DNA of 64,000 nucleotides, taken from positions 1,488,001 to 1,552,000 of the forward strand of contig NC_090601.1 in the NCBI RefSeq assembly GCF_000497125.1. The letters run 5' to 3'. The notes under the pieces were generated by a model. It was not told the DNA's origin, did no database searches, and worked only from the letters and a program-made list of their open reading frames with translations. The position numbers and the translations under genes were made by a program. Positions 13,314-25,318 of this stretch are shown here, piece after piece. How positions within the stretch are numbered: position 1 is the first letter of the stretch; each line of letters begins with the position of its first letter. Source of the DNA: Spironucleus salmonicida (lineage: Eukaryota).

Positions 13314-13541
13314 ATGTATTGTAAAAAATTTGCACCGAGCTCAAAAGGTCTAACGTGTCAAACGTGCAGCTAAAGCTGCATATTCTGCAAAAGGCTTACC
13401 GATCAGAAGTTTCCAGTTTTTGTTTGCAAGAAGCATAGCGAGGATACCTGCTGTTGTGTTTGTGGTAATTTCGCCGAAGTAGAGGGGTTTGCTTGTGAAT
13501 TTTGCGAGGCAAAGTGTTGTGAGTGCTGCTACCTCGAATGA
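13314..13541 (+). CDS. PHF5A/Rds3-like zinc-binding SF3b subunit, divergent (75 aa)
   Basis: Cys spacing C-x11-CxxC-x3-CxxC-x12-CxxH...CxxC-x10-CxxC matches PHF5A/Rds3. AGTGA follows the stop. Confidence 0.7.
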
Positions 13542-13722
13542 GTGAGGCTTTAGAAAATATGTATTTAAAATTTTACTTTGTTTTAATTAATTTAAAAATT
13601 ATATGATATTTTATACTATTAATATATATTTTTATTAATAAAATCTTTTAAAGTCAATATTATTTTAATGATTATTATACATATTTACATTTAATTTGCA
13701 TTCCACTCCACATTTTACCGCA

Positions 13723-15666
13723 ATGGATCTGCTTTATCAATCTGCACTCACCATCAACTCCCAGCCATTGACATTGCACCCAGACGCACTTATTCTTGCA
13801 GCTGGCCGTAACCTAATTTCGATTTCCACGGACTCGAACCAGCGTATTTTTCCCGGCCACACGAAGCCAATCAGCGCCTCTACAGCTTCACCAGATGGGA
13901 AGTTTCTTGCATCAGCTTAAATAGGAGCAGTATGTATTTGGGACTATGAGACCGGCGTGGCAAAGCAAATCACTGTCCCAGGATACGTAAAATAACTAAA
14001 ATTCTCCTAGAAGAGCGACTTTTTGGGAATTTTGCTCGAAAATGGCGGGTTTCAAGTATATGACATGAACATTAACAAAATTGGCCAGTTTGTCTCCAAG
14101 GAGGCCGAATTCATAGAGTTTTACAGCCTCTCCGATGCCCCAAGGTCGTCCCAGTTTTGCGTTTCTGCAGACAAAAACAGGCTTATAATCCACGAAATAA
14201 AGTTTGACAGAGCGAGCTTACAATATCTTATGTCGACAGATTTCATTCAGGTACCTGCCAGTGGTATTTAGCGCGATTTCACATGCGGCGTCGTTAGCTT
14301 TCCATTCGTATATCTAGGGACTCCTGCAGGCGAGATTGCTGTTTTTAACATTGAAACGCAGACTTTCAGAGGTTTATTGAAATATTTTAAGGGCAAAGTC
14401 TCTTCAATTGTCATCCTCTCAGAAGTTTGCATTTGCGCAACTTCGTACGATGGCGATATTATAACTCTGTAAGGACACGATTAGGAGTTTTTGGTGGCTT
14501 CTGAGTTATCAATAGATAGTAACATTATTTTTGCCCAAAATTACAATGACCAGTTGATCATTCTAACATCTTCTGGAACAATTTTATCCATTTAGCTTGA
14601 AACATCGAATTCTAACACTTTCCATCACTAAAAGCAAACATCTGAGAACTTGAACCGCTTTGGAAATTAAGGGCAGCTTCCTGCATAAAGTAATTACACG
14701 TCATCTCTTCCTCATCATAGAAAGTTTAATGAGAAAACGGTAGAATTTGAAAATATCCAGTAAACAATATTTAAATTAGTATCTACCAGTATGATTATTC
14801 TTCATAGTTTTCCTCAATCCCCATTAACTCATTCTGCCTTATTATAAACCAATTCTGGAGAAATAATTATAGGCGGAACATAGACATCATTAATTTAAGC
14901 ATGGTAAAACGGTATTTTACTAGCTCAAATTCGCTTAAAATCTGCAACAAAATCTCTTAAAGTTCATGAAAATCTTATTTTTACTGCTCAACAGAGCACT
15001 CTTTTCTGTCTATCGTTCGATGGCGAGTTCCATATTTAGTACGAGATTCCCTGTGGTGAAATAACAAGCGTGGCTGTTAATGAAAAATATCTTGCAATCG
15101 GCTGCTTGGACGGTAAAATATTCGTCTATTAGGTCGAGAATGGCCGTAATATTGCTAGATTTACTGAATTTTCGTGTGCAATTTAGGACATGATTTTCGA
15201 TAATTTAATTGATTAGATAATCCACGTGAGTGTAATTGACGGATATTTAGTTAGTTATGATGTGATAAAGCAGAAAACGTTGAAATCGCGAAGTTTAGGA
15301 AGGGCTGGACGAGTATTTTAGATGCAATAAGTTGATCACGGCCGCCATGAACTAGTTTGTGGCTGCTTAGATAATACCGTTAAATTTTTCGATTTTGATG
15401 TTAATGAGGCAGTTTAGGTGGCCGAATTACCTAGAAACTGCTTATAGAACGGAAAGATGTTTTGTGGATTAAATGGAGATCGAATTGTTGCTGGAGGCGC
15501 TACGATGGACGGTGATGAAGTATTGGCTTTAATGAGAGAAGGAGAAGAAGAATGGGAAGCTGTAGATTGCCAATTAGCCAATGGTGTTGGAATTATTGGT
15601 GTTTTGGTTGGTAAGAACGTATATATAATTGGCGATGGAGGTGAAATTATGGCTTTTGAGTGGTGA
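13723..15666 (+). CDS. WD40-repeat protein, CFAP52/WDR16-like (647 aa)
   Basis: LHPD...FPGHTKPISASTASPDGKFLASAQ...VCIWD, plus further WD repeats. Confidence 0.75.
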
Positions 15667-15846
15667 TGGAGATTAAAGAGTGATTGTAGGGATTATTTTG
15701 ATCTATAAATTAATTTTTTGGGAGAGGCTGATTTTTATACAGTAAATTTTTAATTATATAATTATTATATCAGAATATTAAGTAAATATTACCGATAGCT
15801 GGTTTCTTGTCTTCACGCCAAATTTTTAAGGTTCTCTCCTTCAAGA

Positions 15847-16278
15847 ATGGCTCGTACTAAGCATACAGCAAGAAAATCCACCTCTGCTACCAAGGCTCCC
15901 AGAAAGACTATCGCTCGTAAGGCAGCCCGTAAGACTGCTGGTACTGCCGGCGGTGTTAAGAAAACTCGTAGATCTAAGCAGGGTGCAGTCGCTACTCGTG
16001 AGATCAAGAAGTATTAGAAGTCAACTGAACTTTTGATCAGAAAGCTCCCATTTTCTAAGCTTGTCCGTGAACTTGTTACAAATTATAACAAGAACGACGT
16101 TCGTTTCCAAGGACTCGCCATACAGGCTCTCCAGGAAGCTTCTGAAAACTATCTCATCAACCTCTTTGTCGACACCCAGATGTGTGCCGAGCACGCTAAA
16201 CGTGTCACTATCATGCAGCCCGACATGGAGCTCGCTACCAGAATTGGTAAGCGTGCCCAGCCCGACCACAAGAAGTGA
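15847..16278 (+). CDS. H3: Histone H3, diplomonad type (143 aa)
   Basis: [20 protein letters not shown]...[15 protein letters not shown] (Q encoded by TAG)...HAKRVTIM. Confidence 0.98.
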
Positions 16279-16771
16279 GTTTGAATTCATAATTAATTAA
16301 TATTTTATATTGTATAATTTTTTAAATTGCATATATTTTTCCCAGAGTACTCTATTATCTTAAATACAAAAAGAAAGTAATAATAAAAACAATAATATTA
16401 CCTTAAAATATTTTTAAAATATTAATGAATTCTACTTTCTCTCATTTTTAGAATAAATTATCATAAATAAATTTGGATAATATTGTGTTTTGTATTTTTA
16501 AGATTTATCAAATCTTCACGAACCACAAATCAAAAAATTTTACGAAATTTTAAAAATCGCTATACTGTAGTATATTATGTTAAATATTAATGTGGAAAGA
16601 TTTTCGTTTATGGTATCGTTTGGATTATCACTGAAATTAAAAGATTTCTTACTATTTAATACATAATACTATAAATATATTTTTTGTACTTATGAAAATA
16701 TATATTATTATATTGAAAAACGACTATAAATTTAACACTCCTAAGAAAGGAATTTCCGTTTCACTTAATAT

Positions 16772-17212
16772 ATGGCTAGAGTAAAAAATACTATCTCTCG
16801 TTCTGGAGCTCGTAAAGGTATCAAGGCTCCTCGTAAGACAATCGTTGCCAAAAAGGTAATTGCCCGCAAGTCAGTCTCTGACAAGACCGTAAAGGCTCAC
16901 CGTCGTTCTAGATAGGGTGTAGTTGCTGATCGTGAAATTAGACGTATGCAAAAAGATACTAACTGTGTTATCCCACGTAATCCTTTTGCCAGACTTGTCC
17001 GTGCTGTTGCTCAGGATTATGGTAGTGCTGAAATCCGTTTCTAGGGTTAGGCTCTTCAGGCTCTCTAGGAAGCTGCCGAAGCTGTTTTAATCAGAACATT
17101 GTCTGATTCTTAATTGCTTGCTCAACATGCTCATAGAGTAACCATAATGGAGAAGGATGTTTAACTCTATATTACTATCACAAGACCCGCATGGGCTCTC
17201 TCTATGAAGTGA
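16772..17212 (+). CDS. H3B: Histone H3 variant, H3B-like (146 aa)
   Basis: KAPRKTIV, IRFQGQALQALQEAAE, HAHRVTIMEKDVQLY...RPAW, resembling Giardia H3B. Confidence 0.88.
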
Positions 17213-17353
17213 ATGTTGGTTATTAATAGTATTATATATTATATTTATCTATTTAGTTTTAAATTGTTTATTTCATCTATCAGAATTTTTAGTTCTTCTA
17301 AATAGTGCTACTTTTGAGAGTAAATAAAAAGGATATATACTCAAGCTATGTAA

Positions 17354-17869
17354 TCACTTTACATTTTCACTTCGCAATTCAATAGGTAATGCGTCTTCTA
17401 ATGACTGCTTGACCCTCTCTCTTACTTTCATTTCGTACATATGACGATCACAAACGTAGGTCTATGCTGCTTCAGGATTTGCTGGATCATCTGGATTTGG
17501 ATCACATAATAGTGATTATATTTAAATTAATAAAGATCTAATTGAATATGAAGGCGACCAACCCTCTCTATCTTTTTTCAAAGTATTAAGACAGATATCA
17601 CCATTTTTATATATATTAGGATGATACATAGAAGTTTAAAATCTAACCTTTGGTGGGTCAAATGGATATTCTGTATCTTTAAATGATATTTCTAATAACA
17701 ATACGGCATTTTACCATACTGTTTGATCTGGTCCTAAGATTACAGCATCCCAAATTAAAAAATCCGCATCTGATCTTGGTGTTGTACTTATATCTTATAT
17801 TGGATTCGCATGTATTTCAGCTATTTCAACTGTGAGGCGTTTTCTTTTGATAGATTCAGATGATGACAT
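17354..17869 (-). CDS. Ubiquitin-conjugating enzyme E2, Rad6/UBC2-like (171 aa)
   Basis: YPFDPPKVRF, MYHPNIYKNGDICLNTL, WSPSY, DPNPDDPANPEAA. Confidence 0.95.
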
Positions 17870-17908
17870 GAAGGAAAGACATTATATATAATATAATATT
17901 ATAATAAT

Positions 17909-18385
17909 TCATTAAAATAAATACTTTTAGACTTAAGGATAGCCAACTTTATTCTAAACATCCACAACTAAGTAATCTGCATTTATTCTTTATTGAAACT
18001 TCATAACCTCTCTTGAATTATCTAAAACTTATTTACCAAACCAATTGTTACATAGTAGTAGCCATTTTGGCCCTTTCGCATACTACATAACATCCTCTGC
18101 ATCATTTAACGCTTGCAATAGACTAGCAGTAGAAGTACCATTATAAAGAACGAAAATATAGTCATCTTTAGACATACTTTCTATAAATTCCCTTCTTTAA
18201 GCAGTAGGTCCGTACGAGTCAAAAAATTCAGCCATTCGTGTTTTTGATCCAATTTTAAATTTCTTGTTCCATACGTCCTCTTAACCTCTTGGTGTCGCAG
18301 CTGCCGTGAAGGCACAGAATTTATGTATAAACTACGATTTTCCTGATCCTTCAGCTCCGACCACGCATATTTTTACTGCGTCCAT
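17909..18385 (-). CDS. Divergent Ras-superfamily small GTPase (158 aa)
   Basis: KICVVGAEGSGKS and FFDSYG. No NKxD motif and no CAAX. Confidence 0.7.
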
Positions 18386-18570
18386 TTTCCTTGTTTTTCG
18401 TGTAAAATAATTATTAATAATATGCAAAAAGTTTATTATATGTTATCAAAGAAGTTGAGAAAATATATAAAATATAAATGAATTTTTTAAGTGCAGTAAA
18501 ATATTTACACATACTTGACATAAAAATTTTCAAATATATTACTATCACTTTGATATAGAATATAATAAAA

Positions 18571-19473
18571 TCATTTAGCAAGTCTTCTTTGAACTCTGTA
18601 GAAAAGACCATCCGCATTGATATCACCTTAAGTGATTTCCCATGCTCTCTCTACATTATGAACTTCAAAATGTTCAAGTTCTTATTTGATTAAGTTTCTA
18701 AACTTATCTTTGATTTCGCCTTCTGTATCACACTATTATATGATTTTGTCACATTCATCAAGTTGTCTTATTATAGATTCAATGATTTTATTTAAGTTTT
18801 AACCATCGAAACAATCAAAATGAGTTGGCTGTATTATCTTTGGCTCTAGTTCTTTAACAATTTATACCGTCTATTTCCATGCTTTTGCATCAAATTGTGA
18901 AGGTGAAGTGCAAAGTAAAGGACAAAGACCTATTTCCTTGAATCCAAATCCAAATCCATCACCAGAAAATAATACACTTTCCTATTTGAAATAAAACATA
19001 GCATGATGGAAAGCGTGACCTGGGGTATGAAGGCATATAAAGCCAGCTACTTCTTGGTTGTGCTCAAGAGGAATAACACGGGTGGGATTCATACGCTAAA
19101 TATTAGGATAATCTTTTTCAAATACTTTTTCACCATAAACTTGAATTGCTGCAGCAGCAAGCTTTGATAAAGGATCAGTAATATGAGGGACAGCAGCTGG
19201 ATGAGCATATACAGTAGCACAAGGAAGCTTTTGGGACAAAAGTCCAACACCTCCCATATGATCTAAATGTGCATGTGTAATAAAAATTTACTTTACTGCA
19301 TCAAGTGGGACGTTATGATCTACTAAAAATTCTATAGTGGGAGGAACCGATAATGTTGATCCAGCTTCAACGATAGAATAATTATTTGGGCTATGCTTAA
19401 TTAAATGTACAGAGCAAAAATGTTCTGCAATGAATTTAGTATCAATCCTCATAATACACTCAGGTAACTCCAT
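18571..19473 (-). CDS. Metallo-beta-lactamase-fold hydrolase (300 aa)
   Basis: ITHAHLDHMGG, HTPGHAFHH, LFSGD, PTHF. Confidence 0.93.
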
Positions 19474-19703
19474 TAAAGCAAAATCACAAATTCATGATAA
19501 TACTATTTAATAATATATTGCTCTCAATAGAGAATAAATAGAATCTTACTTATTATCTATAAAATAGAAGTTAATTGGTTAATAATTATATAGTATAATA
19601 TTATAAATATAAATTAAATATATACAAATTATTCTTAATTTTATTAATAATTAAATTATTATACATAACCTTACATTATACAATTCCGCTTCAATTACCA
19701 TTT

Positions 19704-21239
19704 ATGCTATCTTGCTGTGCGAATACTTAAAAATGGCCAGTGTAGGCTATTACTCCGGAAGAAGAGAAAAATCTTCAGGATTTATTTGATCTACCGGTTC
19801 CAGAGTTCTAGGATGAAAAAATATCATTTACAGATTTAATGAAAGCTAAAGAGGAAATTTTAGGAATTAAAAATAAGTATAACTTAGGCGGTCTTGTTGA
19901 TTAGATGGGAGAATCTTCAGATAGTATAAACTAGGATCTTGGGTATGTTAGCGAAGTTTTATCAAGCAAAGGCAAAGATACTGAATAGGATATCGTATTA
20001 AAAGCAGAATAATATGAGGATATGAAAATTGTCATTGACGAAATAATATAGCAAGTCAGTAGTTCATAAAATTATGTTGAAAATGAAAATATAATTGTAA
20101 CTTAAATAGATTAGATATAAGAACCATTATCCGAAAAAATCGAAGCTATATAAGTAGTTACTGAAACTCCTGTTAATATTGAGTCTGTAGATATTCATCA
20201 AGTTCAGTAAAAACCATTATTATAGTCGTCTATGCCAGTTATTTACGAGATCTAACCTCCTGCTCAGTAAATATAATAGCAAGAATAAAAAGAAGTTATT
20301 TCTCTTATTCAAATAAAATAAGAATATGAATAAACTGAAATTAATAATTTAACAGATATTATGGTGCCAGTTGAAATGCGTAAGCATGAATTTCAATTAA
20401 AGAAATCTGGTTATAGCTTACCACCAACAGCTGTTGTTGAGCTAACACAATCTAATAAAGTAATAATTTCATAAGAAAGAGTTCAAATTCAACCGTTTCC
20501 AGGAGTAATAAAACCAGTTATTTAGCATACATCTTCTCCTTCTCTCAAATAACCAGCTAAAGTTAAATCACCATAACCTAAAAAATCTCCTATTGTTAAG
20601 AAATCTATGAGCGAAGTAGAAAGTAAACTTTAAGAAGCAGAAATCCAATAGCAGCTAGCTTTAAGTGGGTTAGAAGAACATTCAGATAAGTAACAAGATA
20701 TGAAGGAAAACCAGTCGAATCCATCCCAATCAACATCACTTCAACTTACAGAATCCACTGCACTTATTTCTGCATAAACATAAACAGTTACATTCAGTAC
20801 TATAAAACTTCTTGCAACGCCTTCTAATCTTCTTGGATACGTCAATGCTGAAGAGATTTTTTCTATACCTTTAATAACCTTAAAAATCGTTTTTAATGAT
20901 AAAAAACGAGAAATTCGTATTTAAAAGTACAAAATATTATCTTCAAACTCCCAAGAATATGAAAAACGTAAATCTAGATTGATAGCTTTATAATAACGGA
21001 CTGATTAGCCAACACCTGTCCTAAGAATTGATTTATAGAATTAAAAAATCACTTTAATAAGTAAAAATGAGGCATTAAGTTATGCATTTGATTAAATTCT
21101 TTTTAAAGAATATATAGGTGTTAAGAGCTTTTTGAGGATGCGTGCTTGTGGTGTGGAATTTGCTTATTAAGGAAATGAAAGTTAAGTTAGATTGCTAAAA
21201 GAAAAAATATCAGTAGGTGGTGGAAAAGAATGGAACTGA
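19704..21239 (+). CDS. Hypothetical protein (511 aa) starting MLSCC, with a low-complexity middle
   Basis: In-frame ATG and TGA, TTCCGCTT motif upstream. Confidence 0.75.
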
Positions 21240-21328
21240 AATATGATTATTATATAATATTTATACAGTATATTATTTTTCACTTCTTAATGTCAATTTC
21301 TCTAAATGAGATTTATTTTATTGAATAG

Positions 21329-21826
21329 ATGGCGAAGTTTTCAATGCGTGCTGATGGTCGAGACTGTGATTGTTATAGAGATGTTTTTGTGATGTCTAAT
21401 ACAGCACCAAAATCAGAATTTTCAGCTTTTGCAAAGTTAGGGAGAACTTCTGTCGAATTTGAGCTTTTGTAGCTTTAGGAAGGATCTGATTTGACACATA
21501 ATATTATAACTAATATCTAATCGTAAGATAAAATTTATGCTGCTCATCTTGAGTTACTGTCAGCTTTTGTTCCAGAAAATCACGTCCTGCACGTTAAATT
21601 GCTTACTGGTGGTTCTGGGATTATTAATTGTGCCGTTTCGGTGTTAACTTATTGGAAAATTGATCTTAAGTTCATTTCTTTAGGAAAAGTAAACAGTACT
21701 TGGCTTGCTGATCCTAGCGAGGAAGAGGAAAAAGCTTCACGGTCTATATATATTAAGGTTTATAATAAATAAATCATTAAAGTGTTTGGTTTTGGATGCG
21801 ATCTTCCTGAAGTTTTAAAAAATTGA
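21329..21826 (+). CDS. RNase PH-like exosome subunit, reduced (165 aa)
   Basis: RADGRDCDCYRDV...SAFAKLGRTSV...WLADPSEEEE. Confidence 0.75.
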
Positions 21827-21914
21827 GGTGAGTTAGAATATATATTCTTGATATTAAGTGAATAGTAGTTAAAACTAATTGACTCTGAAATTATATTAGT
21901 ACAACATATTACTA

Positions 21915-22661
21915 TCACTTGCATGGATATTTACCTTCGCTTAAATCACAATAGGCACGACGAACAAGACCAAATTCCTTAATAAAGGGGTTTATATTTC
22001 CTTATATTTCCTCTATTCTCATTGCCTATTAATTTTAAAGATCAGTTGCTGGGAATAACAGATCCCATTCAATCATATCATCAATTAAAGTAAAAGTTTT
22101 CTTAAGAGATTCAAATTCGTTTGGATATCTAACATAAAAATAAGCTACAGCTCTAGCTGTATCACCTTTTTAAATATCTCTAGGTTCGAATCGATTTCTT
22201 TTATCAAGAATAGACCAGTTTTCTCGATCTACAGGTTTCTGCGTTACTATTTAACGATTTAATCCATAATATTTTTAAGCAAATTCATCTGGTACATACT
22301 AGAATGGATAATTCGAACGGTCATTATTAGTTACGTTCCAAGAGATTTTGCAATGATAAAGGTCACTTACCATAGGTTCTTTCTTGGCGAAAAATGACTA
22401 CGGAATCGTATGTTCGCAGTTTAAGTCTTTTGCTTTATTGCATTATGTATTCATAGAATCATAAAGGCATTCCATTCGTATGCCTGAGTAAATATCATAA
22501 ATTGCGTTATCAAATGGATCATTCATGATATAGCCATACAGCTATTATCTACCACGATTATATCCTAGTTGTTTATAATTTATACCAGTTATGGGTGTCA
22601 AAGCAGCGCGTAGTTGTTAACCAGAAAACTCAGGAAAGTATTTTTAGAGTAAAAGTATCAT
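21915..22661 (-). CDS. Secreted endonuclease I family (His-Me) nuclease (248 aa)
   Basis: NCEHTIPQS, SDLYH, NNDRSNYPF, FEPRDIQKGDTARAVAYFYVRY, QGNINPFI. Confidence 0.92.
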
Positions 22662-23150
22662 TTTTAGTTGATTTTTATTATTATAAAATATAAAACATAA
22701 ATTTAGGGAAGTAGTTTTTATTTACTGTTTTTTTTAAATTAAGTCAATTATATTATTAAATGAGATTAAAAATATATAAACGAATATAGAAGATAAAATT
22801 AAAAATACTCGAAAGCATAAGAGATTTGTATTTTCATATTTATTTCAACTGTCGATTTTATAAATTATATATTAGGCACAGATTCATGTTTACAGTATTT
22901 CATATTTAAAATTATGTTCATATAATTACATAGAAGTATAGTATCACGTGTTGCTTACGCTCTTGCTAGTGGCGGTAAACGGGAACCAGATGTGCCAGGT
23001 CGCGCGCCGGGCCGAGGCGTCGCGGGGGCTCGGCGAGGAGGTGCCGCAGCACCTGGTACGCCCCGACAACCTACGCTTCGTGCGCTTCGACTACGCCGCC
23101 CAGCCGCGCTTCTGCCTGGAATGACCACTTTGTATACTCCCCACTCCGGA

Positions 23151-23309
23151 ATGGCCTGACGCAGGAGAACCGCCCTGGCCGAGAAGAGGAAGCAGGAGCA
23201 GGCGGCCAAGACACAGACACAGCCGGCCCAGAAGTAGCCGCCCAAGGAGCCAAAGGCCGCCAGGCCCGCGGCGCGGAGGGTGGCCAAGAAGGCAGACCGC
23301 GCCGAATGA
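23151..23309 (+). pseudogene. Basic K/R/A-rich mini-ORF with TGA at codon 3 (cassette copy 1)
   Basis: ATG GCC TGA CGC AGG AGA... reads MA*RRRTALAEKRKQEQAAK...KKADRAE*, preceded by TATACTCCCCACTCC. Confidence 0.5.
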
Positions 23310-23367
23310 ACGCGCGGGCTCGGTGAGCGAGCGGGGGAAGCATGCGCCCCGGGAGTGAGAGCCTCAG

Positions 23368-23658
23368 TCACTTGCCAGTCATCGTGCGCCGCAGCTGCAC
23401 GTACCGCTGCTCCGTGTCAGCGTGCTCCTGCTCCAGCTCCTGGATCTGCAGTTCCAGGTCCGGGAAGTCCTCGTCCAGCTCCGCCGCGATCGCGTCCTCC
23501 CCGAACTCCGCCTCCATGGGGGCGATCACGTCGAAGTAGAACTGGTACACCTGGTGCTGCGTCATCCGCGGGAAGTTGTCGCTGCGCCAGATGCGGCGCT
23601 CCTCCGCCGAGAGGTGCTGGTACTCCGCCGTGTTCGGTGCGTAGTCCACGTGCTCCAT
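23368..23658 (-). CDS. Acidic 96-aa hypothetical protein (cassette copy 1)
   Basis: MEHVDYAPNT...RRTMTGK*, strong G/C third-position bias, ends AAG-TGA. Confidence 0.8.
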   Translation of the reverse strand: MEHVDYAPNTAEYQHLSAEERRIWRSDNFPRMTQHQVYQFYFDVIAPMEAEFGEDAIAAELDEDFPDLELQIQELEQEHADTEQRYVQLRRTMTGK

Positions 23659-23934
23659 TCTTGGGTAGTATATTTCATTATATATTATAACACTATTTTT
23701 AACGATTCCTAAACTAACCTTTAAAAAAGAATAACCTATCTACTATAAAAAAATATTGTAAATCTAAACTACTTAGCTTTCATTCTAATAAATATTAAAC
23801 AAAACTAATTCCTCATATAATATCAAATAACAAGTATTTATATTTCCAAAATTCAAGTTTTCCACTTTTTTGATTTTTATATATCATGTAATTAGTATAT
23901 AATATTTATATTTATGCATTTTCACTTCTCATAA

Positions 23935-24891
23935 ATGAATATGAATATTTATGAAGAAATCGCTATTACCAATAGATTAATTTCAAAAGAGCTCATCCTA
24001 GCGATTTAAAGCATTAGTATGGAGAGTTTGCCCTGCCATTAAGAACTTGAGGAAAGCCTATTTAACCATTTAGAGCCTTAACAGAAGATATTTTTCAACT
24101 CGTTGCCATATTCAAGCTAGGTAATACTAGATATAGAAATAAGTATCATAAATCATTAGACGTTTCCCGTAGATAACATATTACTGGAAAGTTTAAGCTG
24201 TAAAAATATTAGAGAATGTTCTTATTTAGACTTCCACAAATTACCATATAGTTAAGAAATCATGTAGGATTTATAGTAGAACATAGGAGAGATTTAACCA
24301 GTTGATAATGTTTTAAAGGCATAATTTTTTTAATATTTGCCTTTTGACGCTGAGATAATCTGCTCCTTAAAGACCGAGCAAAAGCCAAAATAGTCTTCTT
24401 AAACGCAGCTATTTGCAGTATAAGCTGCTCCAGTTTAAGAATCTTTTGATGACGAAGAATTGGATTTCGATTAATTGCCGAATAATTTACAACTCATTTG
24501 TTAGCTTAAGTCGCTGTTTAAAAGCAACAATAGTTATGATAAAATGTATAGTACTTTAAGTTCGTTTGCATCAGATGAACTTATTTAGACTATTAAGAAG
24601 CCTAATCCAAAGTAAATTTTAAATTTCAACGCACCAGTCTCGAGCTTGCTAATTAGCCAGATCAAGATACGCGACTATATGAATATTTAGGATCTGCCGA
24701 TTTCGGAAATTCTCGTTACCGACCTGTATTCAAATTCTAAAAACATGTTATTGTAGCTAAATCAGGTTGTTGCTAGTTAGATTAGTTAAATAGATCCCCC
24801 CTTTAGTTAGTAGCTAATAGATTCAATTAAAGAAATAGTGGATTAGGATAGCAGAATATTATTAGCTATTCAAAGGTTAATAAGTTAGTGA
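23935..24891 (+). CDS. Hypothetical protein (318 aa)
   Basis: Open code-6 frame ending TAG-TGA. Confidence 0.75.
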
Positions 24892-24928
24892 TGTTTTTAT
24901 ATAGTATATAATATAATTACTTCTTAAA

Positions 24929-25159
24929 ATGATAATAAAAATTTAGCTGAATACCGGCCATATTATCAATGTTGACATTGATATTAAGGACACAGTTGTT
25001 TAAATAAAAGAGAAAATATTCAAGCAAGAAGGATTGCATCCTGCATAGTAAAAACTTATTCATTCTGGTTAATTGCTTCAAGGGTCAAAAACTGCAGAGG
25101 AACTTTAATTACGTGCAGGAACAACATTATAATTAGTTGTCAACTTGCGTGGTGGATGA
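24929..25159 (+). CDS. RUB1: Ubiquitin-like modifier NEDD8/Rub1 (76 aa)
   Basis: MIIKIQLNTG...EGLHPAQQKLIHSG...LVVNLRGG*. Confidence 0.88.
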
Positions 25160-25318
25160 GGTTATTACTTTTATTTTTAATAATGTTATCGTTTTGTATA
25201 CTCACTATTTATTCCATCTACATATTATCAGTATACTATATAATAATATAGTATGTGTACATCATATTCCGTTTACTAGAGTTATTATATATATATTAAG
25301 CATATCACGAATCATAAA

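Larger units (their letters stand above)
22963..23672 (-). repeat. 710-bp GC-rich cassette, copy 1 (inverted duplicate of 29764-30473)
   Basis: Reverse complement of 29764-30473. The only difference seen is at 23227/30209. Confidence 0.96.

Noticed and set aside
22955-23371. 138-aa MTEALTPG and 90-aa MLPPLAHR ORFs and their copies
   Set aside because: They are stop-poor GC shadow frames antisense to better-supported ORFs, and the longer one has no ATG start.
22936-23672. TATACT target-site duplication around cassette copy 1
   Set aside because: The hexamer is shared by both copies at the left end, is not flush with the right end, and is common in AT-rich DNA.
22963-23672. rDNA fragment or retrotransposon reverse transcriptase as the source of the GC island
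   Set aside because: No conserved rRNA motifs, and no RT, integrase or endonuclease motifs in the frames examined.
25251-25318. Spliceosomal intron starting GTATGT
   Set aside because: No fused branch point/3' splice site of the ACTAAC...AG type follows, and the SNARE ORF is complete without splicing.
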